From NCBI GenBank assembly GCA_963711835.1, contig CAVQFQ010000006.1:32001-96000 (forward strand): DNA of 64,000 nucleotides. Direction: 5' to 3'. Source of the DNA: an uncultured delta proteobacterium (GTDB lineage: Bacteria; Desulfobacterota; RBG-13-43-22). Within the stretch, counting starts at the first letter, position 1; the number at the start of each line of letters is the position of its first letter. Of the stretch, positions 60,239-64,000 are shown one piece after another. A program made the translations under genes and the position numbers. A model generated the notes under the pieces. The model was not told the DNA's origin and ran no database searches. It saw nothing but the letters and a program-made list of their open reading frames with translations.

Positions 60239-60502
60239 ACCTAACAGTTGCATAAAAATTGGGCTGAAAACATGTTTAAGCCAATAACCATCAGGGTTAC
60301 AAGGGAATTTTAGAGTGGTCACAGGAATTCTCCCCAGGTGAAGTTTAACCATATTAAAAAAACCGCCCAATTTTTACCCTGCGGGAAAGCTGATGATGCC
60401 GTCCCGCCGTGGCGGGATTGTCAAGGGCTCGCGGTACCTTCGTGCCGCGTCGCCCTTGACGCCTCGGATCTACAGCATCCTTAGCTTTTGCAACGTTTAG
60501 GT
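60239..60502. repeat. ~264-bp dispersed structured repeat, full copy 2
   Basis: Terminal IR ACCTAACAGTTGCA/TGCAACGTTTAGGT; inner IR AAAATTGGGC/GCCCAATTTT; shared core CCCGCC..GGCGGGATTGTC.AGGGCTCGCGGTA...GACGCCTCGGATCT. Confidence 0.78.
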
Positions 60503-60533
60503 TTACTTATCTATTATTTAAGAAACAGCATCC

Positions 60534-61538
60534 ATGCCTTTTTTTCACCATCTGGCCATTGACCTGGGAACCACGTACTCGGTGGTTTATCTGATGGACG
60601 AGGATCGGTTTTTCCAGGAGCCTACCTTCGCCGCCCTGAAGAACCGGCAAAGGATCCCTCTGGCCATTGGGATGGAAGCCAAAAAGATGGCCGGATACGC
60701 TCCTCATCATATCCGGGTCATTCAACCTTTGCGGGATGGGGTCATCTCCGACTTCGAAGTCTGCAGTGCCTTCCTGCAGATTCTCATTAAAAAGGCCCTG
60801 GACCATAGCCGGGGAATCATCCGGAACGTCCTTTTTTGTCTGCCCTGGGGAGCTACCGATGTCGAGGTCCGGGCCTATCGAAAGCAACTGGAGCTCTTCC
60901 CCTTTTCAAGAATTTTTTTAGTTCGGGAGCCTTTTGCCGCCGCCCTGGGGGCCGATATCCCCATAGAGACCCCCAATGGAAATTTGGTGGTTGACTTGGG
61001 GGGGGGGACCACTGAAATCACCACCCTGACCTTGAACGGCATCGTCAAATGCATCTCCCTCAAGGTCGGCGGCAACGCCATGGACCAGGCTATTCAGCAG
61101 GAGATCGAACTCCGGCATCAATTTTCAATCGGCTTGACCACCTCGGAAAAAATAAAAATACTTCATGGCACGGTGGCCCCGGTCCTGGAGGATTACCTGT
61201 TCGAGATCAAGGGCTTTCACCGCTTTTACCGGCTGCCACGGCAAACCCTGCTGGATACGGCTTATATCCGGAGGGCCCTGGAGCCGATCGTTCAAAAAAT
61301 TCTTCAAGGGATCGGCACGATTTTCGAATCCTTGACCCCGGAACTGGCCGCCGATATTTTTACCAACGGCGTAACGCTGGTCGGGGGAGGGGCTTTTTTG
61401 CGGGGCTGGTCGGAACGGATCGCCAAGCGTTTCGGGCTTCCGGTTCGTATCCCTAAGGAACCCCACTACTGCGTGATCAAAGGGATGAAAAAGATCCTCA
61501 CCAACCTGAGAAAATATCGACCTCTTCTGGAAGAATAA
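60534..61538 (+). CDS. MreB/Mbl-like actin-fold ATPase (divergent)
   Basis: AIDLGT, PLRDGVISDF, EPFAAALGA, VDLGGGTTE, LVGGGA. Confidence 0.88.
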   Translation: MPFFHHLAIDLGTTYSVVYLMDEDRFFQEPTFAALKNRQRIPLAIGMEAKKMAGYAPHHIRVIQPLRDGVISDFEVCSAFLQILIKKALDHSRGIIRNVLFCLPWGATDVEVRAYRKQLELFPFSRIFLVREPFAAALGADIPIETPNGNLVVDLGGGTTEITTLTLNGIVKCISLKVGGNAMDQAIQQEIELRHQFSIGLTTSEKIKILHGTVAPVLEDYLFEIKGFHRFYRLPRQTLLDTAYIRRALEPIVQKILQGIGTIFESLTPELAADIFTNGVTLVGGGAFLRGWSERIAKRFGLPVRIPKEPHYCVIKGMKKILTNLRKYRPLLEE

Positions 61539-61604
61539 GAGACGGCCAAGGCCGGCAGGCCTGAGGTCGGAGCCGAGAAAAATATTTCCTTCGGATAAAA
61601 CCCA

Positions 61605-62777
61605 GTGGCTACACCCAGAGCAGTATTGACCCCAAAAGGGGAAAGATGGTTTCGAACCGGTCATCCCTGGGTCTTCCGGGACGACTTGGCCAGGCTGGAC
61701 CAGGTCGAAAATGGGGATATCACCGCCCTCACTGATCACCGGGATCATTTTCTGGCCTGGGCCTTTTACAGCCGGCCGTCGCGGATTGCCTTTCGAATTA
61801 TCAGCCGCCTGCCTGAGGAGATAGGAGAAACGTATTGGATGGGGGCACTTGAAAAAGCCATCCAAAAAAGAGAGGGGCTTCTTCAACCCGATCAGGCCTG
61901 CCGTCTTGTTTTCGCCGAGGCCGACAGCTTCCCGGGACTGATAGCCGATTGGTATGCCGGTCATCTGGTTTTACAAACCCTGATACCGGGAACAGAGAAA
62001 CTCCTCGGGAGGTTGGAAGGATTCTTTCAAAAAATCCTGAATCCTTTTTCCATACTCCTTAGAAATGATCTTGAAGTCCGGGGCCTGGAAAACCTCCCCA
62101 GGGAGGTCAGGACCATCGCCGGTCAGATTCCGGAGCGGGTTTTAGTCCGGGAAGGGGAGATTCACTATGGAGTGGACCTCCGGCGAGGCCATAAAACCGG
62201 GGCCTATCTGGATCAACGGGACAACCGGGTTCATCTGGGATCCCTATTTGAACCCGGTGGAAGGGTCCTGGACGGCTTTTGTTTCAGCGGGGGATTCTCT
62301 CTGCACCTGGCCCGGGGAGCAGCAGAGGTCATGGCCGTTGATGATTCCGCCCCGGCCCTGGACCTGGCCCGACAAAATGCCGAAGCCAACAGCCTGCCCA
62401 ATATAACCTTTCATAAAGAAAATCTTTTTAATTTTCTAAAAAAAATGGCTGAAGCAGGGGAGCGCTTTGATCTGATTATCCTGGATCCACCCCCTTTTGC
62501 CCGAAAAAAATCGGAGATAGCCGGTGCCCTGCGGGGCTACCTGGAATTAAACCGCCGGGCCTTGCTGGCTCTGAAACCGAGGGGAAGGCTCAGCACCTAT
62601 TCCTGTTCTCATAACATAACCGAACCGCTCTTCCAGGACATCCTGTCCCAGGCTGCGCAGAAGGCCGGGGTGAAAACTTTCCTCCTTGAAAAACGGCTCC
62701 AGGCCAGGGACCATCCCATTTTATTAAATTTCCCGGAAAGCCATTACTTGAAAGGATTAACCTTGCAGCGGGAATAG
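61605..62777 (+). CDS. RlmI-like SAM-dependent rRNA methyltransferase
   Basis: GHPWVF, EADSFPGL, GHKTGAYLDQRDNR, LDPPPF, SCS. Confidence 0.9.
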   Translation: MATPRAVLTPKGERWFRTGHPWVFRDDLARLDQVENGDITALTDHRDHFLAWAFYSRPSRIAFRIISRLPEEIGETYWMGALEKAIQKREGLLQPDQACRLVFAEADSFPGLIADWYAGHLVLQTLIPGTEKLLGRLEGFFQKILNPFSILLRNDLEVRGLENLPREVRTIAGQIPERVLVREGEIHYGVDLRRGHKTGAYLDQRDNRVHLGSLFEPGGRVLDGFCFSGGFSLHLARGAAEVMAVDDSAPALDLARQNAEANSLPNITFHKENLFNFLKKMAEAGERFDLIILDPPPFARKKSEIAGALRGYLELNRRALLALKPRGRLSTYSCSHNITEPLFQDILSQAAQKAGVKTFLLEKRLQARDHPILLNFPESHYLKGLTLQRE

Positions 62778-62797
62778 GGGGAAAAGAGGGGAGCGCC

Positions 62798-62826
62798 TTG
62801 ACAACCGAATTTCTCCTTGCTATAAA
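62798..62826 (+). promoter_or_regulatory. Sigma70 promoter
   Basis: TTGACA-17 bp-TATAAA upstream of usp. Confidence 0.7.
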
Positions 62827-62913
62827 AAATCAGGGGAGAGGCCAGTAACAACCTCGTGATCTGCGGTAGGCCGTTTGGAACGGTTCACTCCAAAAAATCC
62901 AGGAGGACCAGGC

Positions 62914-63363
62914 ATGAAAGAATTCAAAAAGATACTTTATCCCATTGATTTTTCGGAATCTTCGAAAAAGATTTTTCCTTACGTCATGACCTTCTCCAAA
63001 ACCTTCGGGAGCACCGTCCACCTTTTGTATGTGGTCAGGGACCTGAAATATCTGACCGGCTTTCATGTGCCCCATCCCTCTTTGGATAAATTGGAGGCGG
63101 AAATTACTTCCAGTTCGGAAAAGATGATGGAGAAGGTCTGTAAGGAAGATCTTCAGGGCTGCCCTTTTTTCGTCAAGAAAATTGTCGTCGGCGATGCCGC
63201 CAATGAAATTATTGCCTATGCCCAGGAGGAGAAGATCGATTTGATTATCCTGGGGACTCACGGGCGAAAAGGATTGGAAAAGGCCCTCTTCGGCAGCGTG
63301 GCCGACCGGGTGGTGAAGAACTCCCCGGTCCCGGTGCTGACCATCAACCCCTATAAAGTGTAA
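62914..63363 (+). CDS. Universal stress protein
   Basis: RBS AGGAGG; KILYPIDFS, DLIILGTHGRKG..FGSVA..VV..SPVPVL. Confidence 0.93.
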   Translation: MKEFKKILYPIDFSESSKKIFPYVMTFSKTFGSTVHLLYVVRDLKYLTGFHVPHPSLDKLEAEITSSSEKMMEKVCKEDLQGCPFFVKKIVVGDAANEIIAYAQEEKIDLIILGTHGRKGLEKALFGSVADRVVKNSPVPVLTINPYKV

Positions 63364-63536
63364 CCGGTTGGTGAAAAACGTCCCGCTCCGGTGTCCCCCT
63401 TATCCCCGGTCGATCCCAGGGACTATGAGGTCGCCTTCATTCCTCGGGCTATGGGGCGCTTTAAGTCCGAACGTTTTTTGATCAACCCCTGAAAAGGCGA
63501 TATTAAAAATACGCTAATGGAATCTTGAGAGGCAGC

Positions 63537-64000
63537 ATGACCAGCCAGACCCTTGCTTATTCGCGGCCCTCATTGAGGACCGCCGCTTACCTCGATTTTA
63601 TCCAGATGTTGACCGGGGTAGGATTGATTCTATTCATCTATGGCCATTCGATCCTTATGGCCAGCATCGACCTGGGACCTGAGACCATGAACCGTATGGC
63701 CAAGTTTTTGGAAGACAGCTATATGGCTCAAGTGGGCGGCCCGCTGATCGCGATCATCTTCCTGGTGCACTTCGTCCTGGCGGCCCGAAAAATTCCCTTC
63801 CGCAGTCAGGAGCAGCGGATCATGCTGGATCACAGCCGGCTGCTCCACCATCTGGACACCTGGCTCTGGGTCATCCAGGCCGGAACGGCCATGATCATCC
63901 TGATCATGGGTTCCATCCATATCTGGACCGTCCTGACCTCACTGCCGATTTCTGCGGCCAAGAGCGCCGCCCGTATCCAGGGCGGATCCTGGCTGATCTT
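63537..64000 (+). CDS. Fumarate reductase/succinate dehydrogenase cytochrome b subunit (Desulfovibrio FrdC type), runs off the window
   Basis: Translated by hand: AAYLDFIQMLTG..GH...FLVHFVLAARKIPF...HHLDTWLWVIQA.TAM....GSIHIW. Confidence 0.85.
   Translation, partial: MTSQTLAYSRPSLRTAAYLDFIQMLTGVGLILFIYGHSILMASIDLGPETMNRMAKFLEDSYMAQVGGPLIAIIFLVHFVLAARKIPFRSQEQRIMLDHSRLLHHLDTWLWVIQAGTAMIILIMGSIHIWTVLTSLPISAAKSAARIQGGSWLI

Noticed and set aside
59131-61964. Long antisense ORFs (59131-60018, 61125-61964) and similar ones elsewhere
   Set aside because: They mirror well-supported genes on the opposite strand and show no independent motifs.

Overview
A 64-kb chromosomal window, most likely from a Desulfobacterota (deltaproteobacterial) anaerobe, judged from gene content and order. 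(1) 1-14.2 kb is housekeeping: leuS end, lptE, rpsT, tRNA-Ala, hisB/hisA, yqeY-dnaG-rpoD, tRNA-Ile2, nif3/Zn-ribbon/rnhA, rnpB, ispDF, cysS. (2) 14.3-24.4 kb has a sigma54-type diguanylate cyclase, a B12 radical SAM enzyme, an AcfC-like binding protein and a radical SAM/SPASM enzyme. It also has an unannotated 40-codon ORF ending C-H-K-U-K-G-U-K-S (two in-frame UGA plus a SECIS-like hairpin), a candidate di-selenocysteine RiPP precursor. (3) 24.5-44.5 kb is a minus-strand tungstate-linked island: tupC, tupB, three tupA paralogues, an OprO/P porin and a nine-gene operon. That operon encodes CcsA/ResB, an exported CxxCH + CobM-like fusion protein, an APC permease, a TonB receptor with ExbB/ExbD/TonB and a second exported CobM-like protein. 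Three promoters in the island share a TATATG-N10-CATATA motif. The island is interrupted by a 4.9-kb cluster of attC-bearing cassettes, orphan antitoxins and deletion scars, including a collapsed type I restriction-modification operon. (4) 44.7-57 kb has sulfur/selenium-related genes, a periplasmic [NiFe] hydrogenase, Sec-containing arsS and selD, and a LysR regulator. (5) 57-64 kb has a ubiB-like kinase, cbpA/dnaJ-like, mreB-like, rlmI-like, usp and the start of frdC. A ~264-bp structured dispersed repeat and five single-base frameshifts are also visible. Family calls come from motif recognition by eye; no database searches were run.
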